64,000 nt of DNA from Puniceicoccaceae bacterium (GCA_003331195.1 QOOZ01000044.1:778-64777), one strand, 5' to 3'; shown: positions 23,806 to 34,300, counted from the first letter of the stretch. Translations and numbers: made by a program. The notes: generated by a model not told the origin, from the letters alone.

Positions 23806-24045
23806 TTACTTTTTTTGCTTTTTTTGGTCGAGCAGCACCAACATGAACATGTTGTATGCGAACCAGAATACAGCAGTGATTGGGGTTGCAGTCAGACAAG
23901 CTTGGCCTTGTGCGATCAAAGCATTGGTCGAGAAGGTAAACGGTACGAGCAAAATTGACATCAATATGAATACTAGAAAAGTGAGAATTAGACCGATGAT
24001 GTGGTGCACGGGTGTTAGCAATTTTTGATAAGGAGTGTTGTCCAT
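23806..24045 (-). CDS. Small two-TM membrane protein of unknown function
   Basis: 79 aa, two hydrophobic helices, basic C-terminus, upstream TTGACA and downstream terminator. Confidence 0.75.
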   Translation of the reverse strand: MDNTPYQKLLTPVHHIIGLILTFLVFILMSILLVPFTFSTNALIAQGQACLTATPITAVFWFAYNMFMLVLLDQKKQKK

Positions 24046-24172
24046 ATAAGCATATCTAGAATTACCTGAGCACGTTCTGTCAAAGTGAAAGTTCTCCCCA
24101 AACTGCTTATTTTTTGATTTTAAAACTCATATTCGAATTTGACCCGATCACCTAAAATCTTATCTTACTTTA

Positions 24173-25075
24173 ATGATCCGTTTTTTACTAGCCGCTACTT
24201 GCGCGATTGCAATCGGGTTTGTGCATCCCTCGCACGCTATCATCTTAGTGGGGGGTGGCAATTTGGTGAATACGACAAATCCAGGTAGCGGCGCACCTTG
24301 GGATGAGGTGGCCTCTGTGACAAACTCCTCAGGTACGCACAGAACTAGCGGAAGTGCAATACACGTCGGGGGCGGCTACATGTTGACTGCCAATCACGTA
24401 AGTCTCGCACAAGGATATGTTAGTTTTGATGGCATTTCCACCTATCAAATTTCTAGTGGTAGTTCGGTTCAGGTAACGAGCGGTGCAGATGTAGTCGATT
24501 TAAAAGTTTTCCAGATCACAAACAACCCAGGCACTAGCGGGGTTAATCTTTTTCCGGAGTTTGCGAAAGGTCAAGAGGCTAGCTTCGGCGCAGCGACTCA
24601 TATTGGCTGGGGCTCTGGGCACAGTTCCAACGATACATCTAATCCTTGGACTTGGGGTGATCCTTCCACCAGTGAAAAGCGTTGGGGCGTCAATGTATTT
24701 GAGGGGGCCATCAACTTTACTTACTCGAACGGGGGGATTAATTATGAGTTCGAATCGATCTATACTGCGTCCGATTCGGATGCCACCTCCAATGAAGCAG
24801 CCGCCACACTCTATGACTCTGGTTCAGGCCTGTTTATCAAGGATGGCTTGGACCAATGGTTTCTTGCGGGCACGATTGTGGCGGTTAGCACTAATGGTAG
24901 CTCGACTTTTGCTGCAGATAATACCGCGGATCTCAACCTTGCAGTTAGAATTGCAGAGTACAGCGATGAAATCGCAGCCCTCATGACCGCTCCTCTAGCA
25001 GTGCCAGAGCCGGCGATTTTTCCCTTTTTACTTGGCCTAGTTGCTATGAGTGCGGCCTGTGGTCGCCGCGCCTGA
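24173..25075 (+). CDS. PEP-CTERM-anchored trypsin-like serine protease
   Basis: Signal peptide; LTANHV (His), DLKVF (Asp), YDSGSG (Ser); C-terminal VPEP + TM helix + basic tail. Confidence 0.82.
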   Translation: MIRFLLAATCAIAIGFVHPSHAIILVGGGNLVNTTNPGSGAPWDEVASVTNSSGTHRTSGSAIHVGGGYMLTANHVSLAQGYVSFDGISTYQISSGSSVQVTSGADVVDLKVFQITNNPGTSGVNLFPEFAKGQEASFGAATHIGWGSGHSSNDTSNPWTWGDPSTSEKRWGVNVFEGAINFTYSNGGINYEFESIYTASDSDATSNEAAATLYDSGSGLFIKDGLDQWFLAGTIVAVSTNGSSTFAADNTADLNLAVRIAEYSDEIAALMTAPLAVPEPAIFPFLLGLVAMSAACGRRA

Positions 25076-25814
25076 GGCCGAGGAGAAACTCGCGGTTGCC
25101 GTCTATACCTTTAATTGGCGATTCCATTGTGCCGAGGAGCACTGCGCATGGCAACTGCTCGAGGGCAAAGTCCTTTACTTGGGCAAGGACACGATTATGA
25201 ATCGTTTCGTCGCGAATGACGCCACGACCGGCGTCGACTTCGTGCTTTTCAGCTTCAAACTGAGGTTTGACAAGTGCAATTAAATAACCGTTGGGCTCGA
25301 GGAATTGCCAGACGGCTGGTAATACTTTGGTTAGCGAAATAAAGGATAAGTCCATTACGATGCGGGGGTAGGAGTCGCAGGGTAGGTCGCCTAGCTTTAA
25401 GTGGCGGGCATTGGTCTTCTCAATGTTAGTCACTCGGTCATCTTGGATCAGCTTATTGTGCATTTGCGCGCGACCAACGTCGACGCAAGTTGCGTTGATG
25501 GCTCCGCGTTGCAGAGAGCAATCAGTAAAGCCGCCAGTCGAAGCCCCCACATCAAGGACATGCGCCCCTTCCATTGTTATTTCGAAATGATCAAGAAAGC
25601 CCTCCAGCTTTTCACCACCACGGCTCACGAAACGGGGGGGCGACTCGACGGTGACTTCGCTGTCCGCGTTCAAGCTTCGTCCGGGCTTGTCGAGACGGTG
25701 GGTGCCAATTTTAACCTTGCCCGCAAGGATCAGGGCTTTTGCTTGCGAGCGCGTGTCGGCTAATCCTTTAGCGACAAGAAGTTCGTCTAGGCGGGCTTTC
25801 TTAACAGCTGCCAT
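25044..25814 (-). CDS. tlyA: TlyA family rRNA 2'-O-methyltransferase
   Basis: S4 domain (RLDELL), [39 protein letters not shown]. Confidence 0.96.
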   Translation of the reverse strand: MAAVKKARLDELLVAKGLADTRSQAKALILAGKVKIGTHRLDKPGRSLNADSEVTVESPPRFVSRGGEKLEGFLDHFEITMEGAHVLDVGASTGGFTDCSLQRGAINATCVDVGRAQMHNKLIQDDRVTNIEKTNARHLKLGDLPCDSYPRIVMDLSFISLTKVLPAVWQFLEPNGYLIALVKPQFEAEKHEVDAGRGVIRDETIHNRVLAQVKDFALEQLPCAVLLGTMESPIKGIDGNREFLLGLRRGDHRPHS

Positions 25815-25821
25815 TATCTGT

Positions 25822-27093
25822 TTATTCTGGGTCGGGGTTATCTCGTTTCACGTGGAGTATATCGCTTGAACGGATATGGAGATCTCTTTGTGGATAAGGA
25901 ATCTCGATATTATTTTCTTTAAAAGTATCCCAAACCTTAAGCAATAACTCGCTACGAACGGCACCAACGCCGTTGGAGGGATCTGCAATCCACATGCGAA
26001 GCTCTAGGTCGATTGAACTGTCTCCAAAGCCAAGCAGCAGGCAATTGGGTGCGGGAGTGTTTAATACACGATTGGTGGAAGCTGCAACCGCAAGGATGAG
26101 TCGGATGCAATGGTGCGGGTCGGCATTATAAGATACTCCAATAGGTACTCGCACGCGGACTAAGTCGTCCGTGAAAGACCAATTTATGACTTTTTGCGTG
26201 ATTAGATCCTCGTTTGGTATGAGATGCTCAGTGCCATCGCGAGTGATGACTGAGGCATAGCGAGCGCGTAAATTATTAATCCATCCATAGGTGCCCTCAA
26301 TCTCAATGACGTCGCCAGGTTTGATCGAATTATCCATTAGCAGAATGATGCCGCTAACAAAATTAGAAACTACTTTCTGGAGACCAAAGCCGAGGCCGAT
26401 ACCGATGGCGCCACCCAGAAATGCGAAAGCGGATAAATCAATTCCGATGGATCCGATCGCAGTTACCACCGCCACCGTGATGAGTATAATTCGCACGATC
26501 TTTGAGATGAGTACCTTGAGTGAAGGACTCAATCGCGGGATCAGTTGGATCTGACTTTCAGCGATCCGAGCTAGTGCAAGGCCGATCCAGAGGGTTAGGG
26601 CGAAGGCGAGTATGCCAGCTAGAGCTGTCCAAGCTGAGAATGAATGACTTCCCAACTTGAAACTTAGCCCACTAAGTAAAGCGATGCTATCTTCGACTAA
26701 TGCTAGTCCAAAAAAACCACTTATTAAGTAAGCCACAGCAGCAACTGGCTGTGCCCAAAAGCGTTTTTTTAATAAACTGCTAGTCAGTCCAATCAGTATC
26801 CATGCGCCTCCAATATAAGTAAAAAAGCGTATGACTGGCACCTCTAATTTGATCAGAAATTTAAATACTAAATAGATTATGAGTAGCGCGAACCATTGCG
26901 TAATGAAGCCAAGGTTTTGCTTAACCCAGTCTTTGGGAGTAATGTTATCGGTATCCGAGACTTTGTATTTTTTTCCAAAGATACGTATGCATAGCCAAAG
27001 CAGTATGATAACGATTAAAACTTGCCAAAAATCGTTGTAATGGAATCCTTCTTTGGGTACGAGAAAATCACCCCAGTTTTGCATGAAATTCAT
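25822..27093 (-). CDS. Small-conductance mechanosensitive channel (MscS family)
   Basis: [41 protein letters not shown]; ATG at 27093 or 27084. Confidence 0.93.
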   Translation of the reverse strand: MNFMQNWGDFLVPKEGFHYNDFWQVLIVIILLWLCIRIFGKKYKVSDTDNITPKDWVKQNLGFITQWFALLIIYLVFKFLIKLEVPVIRFFTYIGGAWILIGLTSSLLKKRFWAQPVAAVAYLISGFFGLALVEDSIALLSGLSFKLGSHSFSAWTALAGILAFALTLWIGLALARIAESQIQLIPRLSPSLKVLISKIVRIILITVAVVTAIGSIGIDLSAFAFLGGAIGIGLGFGLQKVVSNFVSGIILLMDNSIKPGDVIEIEGTYGWINNLRARYASVITRDGTEHLIPNEDLITQKVINWSFTDDLVRVRVPIGVSYNADPHHCIRLILAVAASTNRVLNTPAPNCLLLGFGDSSIDLELRMWIADPSNGVGAVRSELLLKVWDTFKENNIEIPYPQRDLHIRSSDILHVKRDNPDPE

Positions 27094-27405
27094 TGGTTTA
27101 TTAAGTTCCTTGTGTTTGATTTCGCAACCTTTTTGATAAATCCAATAATCGCCAATTTGTAAGCATGGAAACCTACGCAACTTTCGTTATTACTCTGATG
27201 CTAAGTTGTGTGGCGGCTCACGTGCACAAGCAAAATCGTATCACCTGCTTAGTGTCGGTTATGATTTAGTGGCATACAAATTTGTTGGGTTTACTGACGG
27301 ACGTCAGGGTGACTCACTGACATCGCGCTCGACAAGCGTATAAGTCATGCCATCAGTTTCCACTTAACATTTTCTAAACTGATTTTATGGGCAAGTCCTA
27401 GATAT

Positions 27406-28248
27406 TTGAAAGCCTCACTACTAGTCATCTTTTGCCCAGCAAAAAAGACTCAAGCGCAGTTTCTCGCTGATCAATTCTCAATACCAATTGTTGACGGTTC
27501 GCACTTGGCATTTGCCAAGCCGCGCGAGATCGAAGGATTCGTATGCTCTCTGACAAGAGCTAATCACAGCGAACCGAGCTTTGTATTTTTACTCTCCAAG
27601 CAAGGTCTCTCGCTTGCGCAAGTCGCCGTAGATAATCTGCTGAGTATTCGAGCCAACTTTTGTAGTGCTACAGTAAATTATCGCCGTCAGAGAGGGGGCG
27701 GTAAAGGTCAAATGATTGCCAAAGCAGTAGGCCTAAGTTCTTCTACAGCACCAAATGTATTCGATGCGACTGCAGGTCTCGGAGGCGACGCCTTCGTGCT
27801 AGCCAGCTTAGGTTGTCCTGTCACTATGACAGAGCGCGTGCCCGAAGTGCACGCTTTGCTCACGGATGGCCTTTGCCTTGCACATGAGTGGGGCAGCGAA
27901 AACGACCAATCGCTTGTCGCAATACTCAAAAGAATGGCACTTGTTGGGTCTGACGCGGCTAAATACATGCAAACGATTGAAGATGCCAAGAAGCCAGAAG
28001 TCGTTTATCTTGACCCCATGTTTCCCCAGCGGACGAAGGGTGCCCGAGTGAAAAAAGAAATGCAGGTTTTTCATCAGTTAATCGGCAAAGATTCCGACGC
28101 TAACTTGCTCCTGCAAATAGCCCTAGAATGTGCGCAGAAACGCGTTGTCGTTAAGCGCCCTCGGATAGCACCATATCTAGCAGGCCTAGAGCCTAATTAT
28201 AAGTTGGAAGGTAAGAGTAATCGTTACGATGTCTATTTATGTCATTAA
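27406..28248 (+). CDS. rsmJ: 16S rRNA m2G1516 methyltransferase (RsmJ/YhiQ family)
   Basis: DATAGLGGDAFVLASLG, VVYLDPMFP, RVVVKRP, RYDVY; start codon uncertain. Confidence 0.9.
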   Translation: MKASLLVIFCPAKKTQAQFLADQFSIPIVDGSHLAFAKPREIEGFVCSLTRANHSEPSFVFLLSKQGLSLAQVAVDNLLSIRANFCSATVNYRRQRGGGKGQMIAKAVGLSSSTAPNVFDATAGLGGDAFVLASLGCPVTMTERVPEVHALLTDGLCLAHEWGSENDQSLVAILKRMALVGSDAAKYMQTIEDAKKPEVVYLDPMFPQRTKGARVKKEMQVFHQLIGKDSDANLLLQIALECAQKRVVVKRPRIAPYLAGLEPNYKLEGKSNRYDVYLCH

Positions 28249-28258
28249 GGGAATCGTT

Positions 28259-29134
28259 TTACTTTTTAAGCAGTTTTTCCAAATAAGGGTTTGGGTAGCG
28301 CCGTGACGCAGTGATCGCATAGAAGTTTTCGCGGATCTCAGGGATTTGGTAGAGTTCGACTAGGCGACCGTTCTTGAGTTCGTCTTGTACTACGACTGGT
28401 GGGACTAGAGTGATGGCCTCTGTCTCGCGGGCGATTAGTCGAAGCATGGCCATGGCATCTACTTCGGCTGCGATGAGTGGCCGAATGCCTTCGCGCTCCA
28501 TGATTAAGTCAAAGCTTGCGCGGATATTACTTTCCAAGCTGGGTAGTATCATTGGTATATCTCTTAAGTCGCTTGGAAATTTAAACTTCCGGTGCTTTTT
28601 AAAAGAAGGCGGAGCGACGAGGCTGACTGGTTGTTCGGCCAGTAGTTGACAGTGTATGTTTGATTCGTTGTCCCGCAGCACGGGGTTATTCGAGAGCACG
28701 AGGTCGACCGTGTGCGCTTTCAGTTGTGTCATCAAATTCTGCAGGCTGCCAGAGTGAATCACGACTTCGATGGCTTGGTCGTCCAGGGCTTCCTTTAAAA
28801 AACTGAGCTGGAAATTTTTAGAAAGTGTCGAAACAGCGCCAACACGGAGTATATCACGATATCGCTTATTTTGGTTTTGAAGGGTGGCGAGCATTTCATC
28901 ACCCGTACGAAAGATCGTTTCAGCGTAATCGAGCACCATTTTGCCCTCTTCCGTTAATGACAGTGTCTTGTGCTGGCGGTCAAAGAGGGCGCATTCGAGG
29001 TTTTCTTCCAGTTTTTTTAGCTGGATGCTCAAAGCCGACTGGGAAACATGGAGGCTTTCCGCCGCACGCGTGAGAGTGCCCTCACGAACAATTGCATGAA
29101 AATATCGCAGATGATGGTAGTTGAGCTTATTCAT
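28259..29134 (-). CDS. LysR-family transcriptional regulator (NhaR-like)
   Basis: LNYHHLRYF...AAESLHVSQSALSIQLKKLE helix-turn-helix; divergent from dabB. Confidence 0.93.
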   Translation of the reverse strand: MNKLNYHHLRYFHAIVREGTLTRAAESLHVSQSALSIQLKKLEENLECALFDRQHKTLSLTEEGKMVLDYAETIFRTGDEMLATLQNQNKRYRDILRVGAVSTLSKNFQLSFLKEALDDQAIEVVIHSGSLQNLMTQLKAHTVDLVLSNNPVLRDNESNIHCQLLAEQPVSLVAPPSFKKHRKFKFPSDLRDIPMILPSLESNIRASFDLIMEREGIRPLIAAEVDAMAMLRLIARETEAITLVPPVVVQDELKNGRLVELYQIPEIRENFYAITASRRYPNPYLEKLLKK

Positions 29135-29174
29135 ATGTATTTATTAAATAGAATGAAAGTATAATTTACTTATA

Positions 29175-29210
29175 TTGGATAAATTCAAGAAAATTTGTTA
29201 TAATAGCTTT
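29175..29210 (+). promoter_or_regulatory. Extended -10 promoter of dabB-dabA
   Basis: TTGGAT, 18 bp spacer, TATAAT (29199-29204) preceded by TGT; 6 nt before ATG 29211. Confidence 0.6.
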
Positions 29211-30788
29211 ATGGATATATTTATCAGCAGTCTTGTACTGTGGATTGCACCCGCATCGCTCTTGTGGGTTGTGCTTACTTCCAACTGTCTCAACGCCCGA
29301 GCACTCGCTGCTGGCCGTTTAGCTGAGGGCATTGCTTGGGTGAGTGTAGCCAGTGCGACAGTTGCCACCGCGCTATGGGTGTTATTCGCAAGAAGTCCTG
29401 TCGAGGCGACTATCACAAGTGCCAAATGTATTGGTATTCGCTTCGATGCGCTCTCCGCGATCATCCTTTTATTGGTCTGTTTTATGGGGGCCATCATTCT
29501 ACGCTATTCGAAAAACTATCTCGCTGGAGATGAAAAGCAGGGGCACTTCTTTAAATGGATGTGCGTCACACTTGGGGCGGTCATTGCCATGGTCCTTGCA
29601 CCGGGGCTTGTCCAATTCGCCCTAGCTTGGGTCGCTACCAGTTTAGGTTTAAACAAACTACTAATTTATTTCCCTGATCGTTTGGGCACGCTTCTTTCAT
29701 CGCGTAAGAAGTCGCTGGTTAGTCGGGTAGGAGACCTTTGCCTAATCGTAGCCTTCTCGGGTATCTATACGATCTACGAAGTGCAAGACTTCGGCCATAT
29801 ATTTGAGGCGGTACGGTTAGAGGGTAGCTTGCTTGGTTACGACGCTTGGATCGGCTGGTTGATTATTTTTGGCGCGATCCTTAAATCGGCTCAGTTCCCT
29901 TTTCATACTTGGCTACCCGACACGATGGGCGCACCTACACCTGTGTCCGCGCTCATGCACGCGGGTATTATTAATGGCGGCGGCTACTTGGTGGTTCGTT
30001 TGAGTCCAGTGCTTGTGCACACACCGAGTGCCCTTCTCGTGCTGGCGATCGTCGGTGCCGTTACTGCAGTTTATGCTTCAATGGTCATGCTCTCTCAAAC
30101 TAGTGTGAAGCGTGCACTCGCTTACTCCACCATCGCACAGATGGGTTTTATGCTTTTGCAATGCGGTCTGGGTGCCTTCCATCTTGCGGTGCTCCATTTG
30201 GTCGCACACTCACTCTATAAAGGACACGCCTTCCTTTCATGCGGGTCTGCCGTCGAAACAGCAAAAAAGCTCAACGCGAAGCCGCATTACGCGAAGTTAA
30301 AGCCGAGTCGTATTTGGCTAGCGATTGGCGTCTCTTTCGCCATCGTAGCTGGCCTAAGTATTTCTTTCAATGTCAGCCCATCTGATAAGCCGGGCATGCT
30401 GGTGCTCAGTATGGTGGTAGTGATGGCGCTCACGCAGCTTCTCTGGACAGCAATGCGTCGGGGCCAATCTGGTATCGCCTTCGCGGGGACTACAGGGGTC
30501 GCCGGAAGTATTGCCACGCTCTACTACTTACTCGCGATGGTAGCTGAAATGATGCTCTCCTCTGCGGTGCCTGCGAAAGTACCTGTTGCGCCAGTCTTCG
30601 AAACGATTATTGCGGTGCTGTTACTTGGTTTCTTGGTTACTTCAATTCGCTTCCAAGACGGTGAGCCTGGATTTTTAACAGTCGCTTACAAGCGCCGCCT
30701 CTATGTCCATGCGCTCAATGGTTTTTATATGAACACCTTGGCTAATCGTTCAGCTCGTGCCATCGGCCTCATGCCAAGCAAGCGCTAG
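29211..30788 (+). CDS. dabB: DAB inorganic carbon transporter membrane subunit (NuoL/ND5-like)
   Basis: KSAQFPFHTWLPDTMGAPTPVSALMHAG, LAYSTIAQMGFM, HSLYKGHAFL; directly upstream of the DUF2309 gene. Confidence 0.9.
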   Translation: MDIFISSLVLWIAPASLLWVVLTSNCLNARALAAGRLAEGIAWVSVASATVATALWVLFARSPVEATITSAKCIGIRFDALSAIILLLVCFMGAIILRYSKNYLAGDEKQGHFFKWMCVTLGAVIAMVLAPGLVQFALAWVATSLGLNKLLIYFPDRLGTLLSSRKKSLVSRVGDLCLIVAFSGIYTIYEVQDFGHIFEAVRLEGSLLGYDAWIGWLIIFGAILKSAQFPFHTWLPDTMGAPTPVSALMHAGIINGGGYLVVRLSPVLVHTPSALLVLAIVGAVTAVYASMVMLSQTSVKRALAYSTIAQMGFMLLQCGLGAFHLAVLHLVAHSLYKGHAFLSCGSAVETAKKLNAKPHYAKLKPSRIWLAIGVSFAIVAGLSISFNVSPSDKPGMLVLSMVVVMALTQLLWTAMRRGQSGIAFAGTTGVAGSIATLYYLLAMVAEMMLSSAVPAKVPVAPVFETIIAVLLLGFLVTSIRFQDGEPGFLTVAYKRRLYVHALNGFYMNTLANRSARAIGLMPSKR

Positions 30789-30810
30789 ACCTTTCAACTA
30801 ATTTCGTATT

Positions 30811-33246
30811 ATGGACAACTCTGAAAAAGCAATGTCACACGCACTTTCGAATCAGATCGATTCAGCTAGTTCAAAAATCGCACCGCTTTGGCCGCTCTCG
30901 CACTTTGTCGCGGTCAATCCTTTTGTCGGTTTTGCTGACCAGAACTTTGCCCGCACCGCCCAGGCGCACAAGCGTGTACAAGGATCAGATTTGGTTATGC
31001 CGATTGCTTGGTTTAAGGGCAAGTTTGAATCAGGTGAGATCGGGTTAGAGAATCTTCGCGCCGTCGTCGCAGTCGCCTCTCCTGAACTCGTTGAGAGCTT
31101 CAAATTAGCCAATCAAGCACTAACCGCTGAGAATTTAGTGGCGCTGCTCACTGAATCCCCAAAAGGTGCTGATTCGCTTTACCAAACTTGCTCCTTTAGT
31201 GCGTATCTCGATTCGCGTGAAGGCACGCAGTGGCAGCACGTGATTCGTGAGGAAGTGGCCAAGTGGGTCGCCGCTTACGACGACGAGGGACAATCTTCTT
31301 GGAAGTTTCCATGGAAGGATATGAGCCTCTTTGCAGGATGGAAAGCCGCCGCCCAGATCGATCGTAACCCAGAACTGAATGGGCTGTCTGGTTTTCGCAA
31401 GTTCGTAGCCGGACTGCCAGACGATCCGTATGCCGTGATTGATCAAGCCATCGAGGCACTCCAAATGCCATACGACCGCATCGAGTCGCTTCTCTACCGC
31501 ATCATGCTGACACTACCTGGCTGGGCAGGACACCTCCGCTACAAGGATCGCGAGCTCGAGATCCGTGGTGAGTCTGGAGATTCCTTGCTTCAACTTCTAG
31601 CCATTTTACTCAGTTACGATATGGCGCTCTATGCGAACCACTCGGAAAATAAAGACCGCGTCTTGGGTTGGCAGCGTAACTTAATGGAAGACCCTACAGA
31701 AGATGGCTCGCTTGTGCTACCAATTGATCTAGCACAACGCCTCGTCTGGCAGTCGGCAATGGAGCACGTCTTTGAGCAAAAACTCCGCGGCGACATTGCG
31801 TCTAAAGCCAAAAGCGAGGCTGCCTCCCAGAGGCCTAAGGTACAGGCGATCTTCTGTATCGATGTGCGCTCCGAAGTTTTCCGCCGCTCGCTCGAGTCGA
31901 CTGGTATGAAAATTCAAACTTTTGGATTCGCTGGTTTCTTCGGCTTGCCAATCGAACACAGAATACCCGGCCTCGGTGACTCGGAAGCGCGCTGCCCTGT
32001 GCTCATGGTGCCACCTTTACGTAGTTCCGATAGCAAGTCAGGGATTGAAGTTTCTGATTTTGATCAACTTGTTCTTCGACGCGTCGATGCACGCGAGAAC
32101 AAACGCACTTGGAAGCGCTTTAAGGAAGCCGCTTCTTCTTGCTTCACCTTCGTCGAGACAATTGGCCTCAGTTATGGAGTAGAGCTAGTTAAAGACGCTT
32201 TTGCACTCTCTGCGAAATCCAGCCACGGTAAAGGCGCACCTGGATTTTTGGATAAACTGTCGACTGCGGAACGTGCGAGTTTGGCCGAAGATATTTTAAA
32301 AGGCCTCGGTCTGTTGGAAAACTTCGCCCACATCGTCCTCTTCTGTGGGCATGGCAGCGCGACTAAAAATAATCCCTACGCCTCGGGTCTCGATTGCGGC
32401 GCTTGCGGCGGTCACGCTGGTGATGCGAATGCCCGTCTTGCCGCTGCCTTGCTCAATCAAACCGATGTCCGCACCGAACTGTCCGAACGCGGCATTTTGA
32501 TTCCTTCTGATACCGTATTTATTGGTGGTCTCCACAATACTACGACTGACGAGGTCTCTCTCTTCGACTATGAAGCCGCCGACGCGAGACTGATCGAACA
32601 ACTGACTGTATCGCTCGACCAAGCTGGCCTACTTTGTGCCACGGAGCGTTCCGCTCGATTCGGTGAAGCCGCCGAGCAAAGTGATATTCTATCTGCTGTC
32701 CGCTCACGTAGTCGCGACTGGTCGCAGGTCCGCCCTGAGTGGGCGCTCGCAGGTAACGCTGCCTTTATCGTCGCGCCCCGCGCATGGACAGCTGAGGCCA
32801 ATCTCCAGAGCCGCGCTTTCCTCCACGAATATTCCGCCAAGAGCGACCCCAAAGGAACCGTCCTCGAAAGCGTCATCGCTGGTCCCATGGTCGTCGGTAC
32901 TTGGATCAACTTGCAATACTTCGGATCCTCGACCGACAACGCACATTTCGGTAGCGGTCACAAATCGATCCACAACGTAGTCGGCGGCGTCGGAGTAGCG
33001 CTTGGTAATGAATACGATCTACGACCTGGTTTGTCCTTACAGTCGCTGCACGATGGCAAAAAGCTCATCCACGAACCACTTCGCCTTCATGCTTGTATCG
33101 CAGCCGACACGGAGATACTTGACGATATTCTAGAGCGCCAGGACCACGTCCGGAATCTCGTCGAAAACGGCTGGATACACCTTATAGCGCTTGGTGAGGA
33201 TGGTAAGCAGTGGGCGCGCCGCCAATCTGATGGCACATGGAAGTAG
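30811..33246 (+). CDS. dabA: DAB inorganic carbon transporter subunit A (DUF2309, beta-carbonic-anhydrase-like)
   Basis: IAPLWPL..FVAVNP, FCIDVRSE, CGHGS, LDCGACGG (Cys/Asp/His/Cys Zn site), WSQVRPEW, HEPLRL. Confidence 0.95.
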   Translation: MDNSEKAMSHALSNQIDSASSKIAPLWPLSHFVAVNPFVGFADQNFARTAQAHKRVQGSDLVMPIAWFKGKFESGEIGLENLRAVVAVASPELVESFKLANQALTAENLVALLTESPKGADSLYQTCSFSAYLDSREGTQWQHVIREEVAKWVAAYDDEGQSSWKFPWKDMSLFAGWKAAAQIDRNPELNGLSGFRKFVAGLPDDPYAVIDQAIEALQMPYDRIESLLYRIMLTLPGWAGHLRYKDRELEIRGESGDSLLQLLAILLSYDMALYANHSENKDRVLGWQRNLMEDPTEDGSLVLPIDLAQRLVWQSAMEHVFEQKLRGDIASKAKSEAASQRPKVQAIFCIDVRSEVFRRSLESTGMKIQTFGFAGFFGLPIEHRIPGLGDSEARCPVLMVPPLRSSDSKSGIEVSDFDQLVLRRVDARENKRTWKRFKEAASSCFTFVETIGLSYGVELVKDAFALSAKSSHGKGAPGFLDKLSTAERASLAEDILKGLGLLENFAHIVLFCGHGSATKNNPYASGLDCGACGGHAGDANARLAAALLNQTDVRTELSERGILIPSDTVFIGGLHNTTTDEVSLFDYEAADARLIEQLTVSLDQAGLLCATERSARFGEAAEQSDILSAVRSRSRDWSQVRPEWALAGNAAFIVAPRAWTAEANLQSRAFLHEYSAKSDPKGTVLESVIAGPMVVGTWINLQYFGSSTDNAHFGSGHKSIHNVVGGVGVALGNEYDLRPGLSLQSLHDGKKLIHEPLRLHACIAADTEILDDILERQDHVRNLVENGWIHLIALGEDGKQWARRQSDGTWK

Positions 33247-33397
33247 TGCTCAGAACACTCGGCGGAACTAGTTGATTAAGTCTGAGGATAGTATATCCAG
33301 AATTCTACCATCACATCGATAAAGTGGCCTTCTGCGATTAAGTTACATTTACGCGCGCAGGCTTGCAAGCTGCTCCCAAATATTCTTTATTATAGTA

Positions 33398-34246
33398 ATG
33401 CGTTTTTTCCTCAGTCTCACTGCTTTCTATTTTTTGGCCTCACATTCTATTCTCGCAGCCGCCATCGAAGGTCGTGTCCTTAAAGTCTTGTCCGATACTC
33501 GTTCATTCGAACTTGAGTTAACTCAGTCGATGGACCCAAAGCTCGAAGTAGGTAGCACACGCATCTTTCGTGTTGGTGCGGGCGATCTTAAGATTGGGTA
33601 TGCAGACCGTATGATTAAAGCCAACGCTGCTTACTACGGCAAACAATGGCACATCGAGCAAATTTTTCCTATTGATGGCCTCGGTGCGAAGGCAGCGCGC
33701 GATGTTAATCATCAGCTTCATCAGGCCACCGCTGTGATGAGCCGTCGTAAATACGTGAAGCAGGATGAATACATTCCCAACTTCGCTATGATCGATCAGC
33801 ATGGTGAGTTTCTCCAGATACGACAGCTTCAGGGTAAGCCCTTTGTGCTCAACTTTATTTTCACTCGCTGTACAGTACCTACGATGTGTCCCGCCTCCAG
33901 TCTTCGTATGGCGGACATGCAAGACGCCGCCCGCGAAGCGGGGCTCAACGGCCTCCAGTTTGTCAGTATCACTTTTGATCCTGTTTTCGATTCACCCGGT
34001 ATTCTGAATCAGTATGCCGACGGCTACGGCATGGAGTCAGAAAATTTCCACCTGCTGACGATGAACCAAACTGTGGTCGATGATCTCCTTCGTCAGTTTG
34101 GCATCCTGACATTGGAAGAGGATGGGACTATTAATCACACGATGGCGACCCTCTTGGTTGACGGCAACGGTCGCGTGGCCCACCGTAAAGAAGGTGCTAC
34201 ATGGTCGACTAAAGATTTCATGGAGGCAGCGAGTAAGCTCCTGTAA
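33398..34246 (+). CDS. Exported SCO/SenC family protein with extra N-terminal beta domain
   Basis: Signal peptide; FIFTRCTVPTMCP, SITFDP..D, INHTMAT. Confidence 0.88.
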   Translation: MRFFLSLTAFYFLASHSILAAAIEGRVLKVLSDTRSFELELTQSMDPKLEVGSTRIFRVGAGDLKIGYADRMIKANAAYYGKQWHIEQIFPIDGLGAKAARDVNHQLHQATAVMSRRKYVKQDEYIPNFAMIDQHGEFLQIRQLQGKPFVLNFIFTRCTVPTMCPASSLRMADMQDAAREAGLNGLQFVSITFDPVFDSPGILNQYADGYGMESENFHLLTMNQTVVDDLLRQFGILTLEEDGTINHTMATLLVDGNGRVAHRKEGATWSTKDFMEAASKLL

Positions 34247-34300
34247 AATGGTTCCAGCTTGCTAAAGCTTAGAAGAGTGACATATTTTTTAGTGTAATAT

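Noticed and set aside
25044-25814. TlyA as a hemolysin or virulence factor
   Set aside because: Sequence is an ordinary S4 plus FtsJ-type rRNA methyltransferase in housekeeping context
29211-30788. Complex I nuoL or Mrp antiporter call
   Set aside because: No other nuo/mrp genes nearby; adjacency to DUF2309 identifies it as DabB
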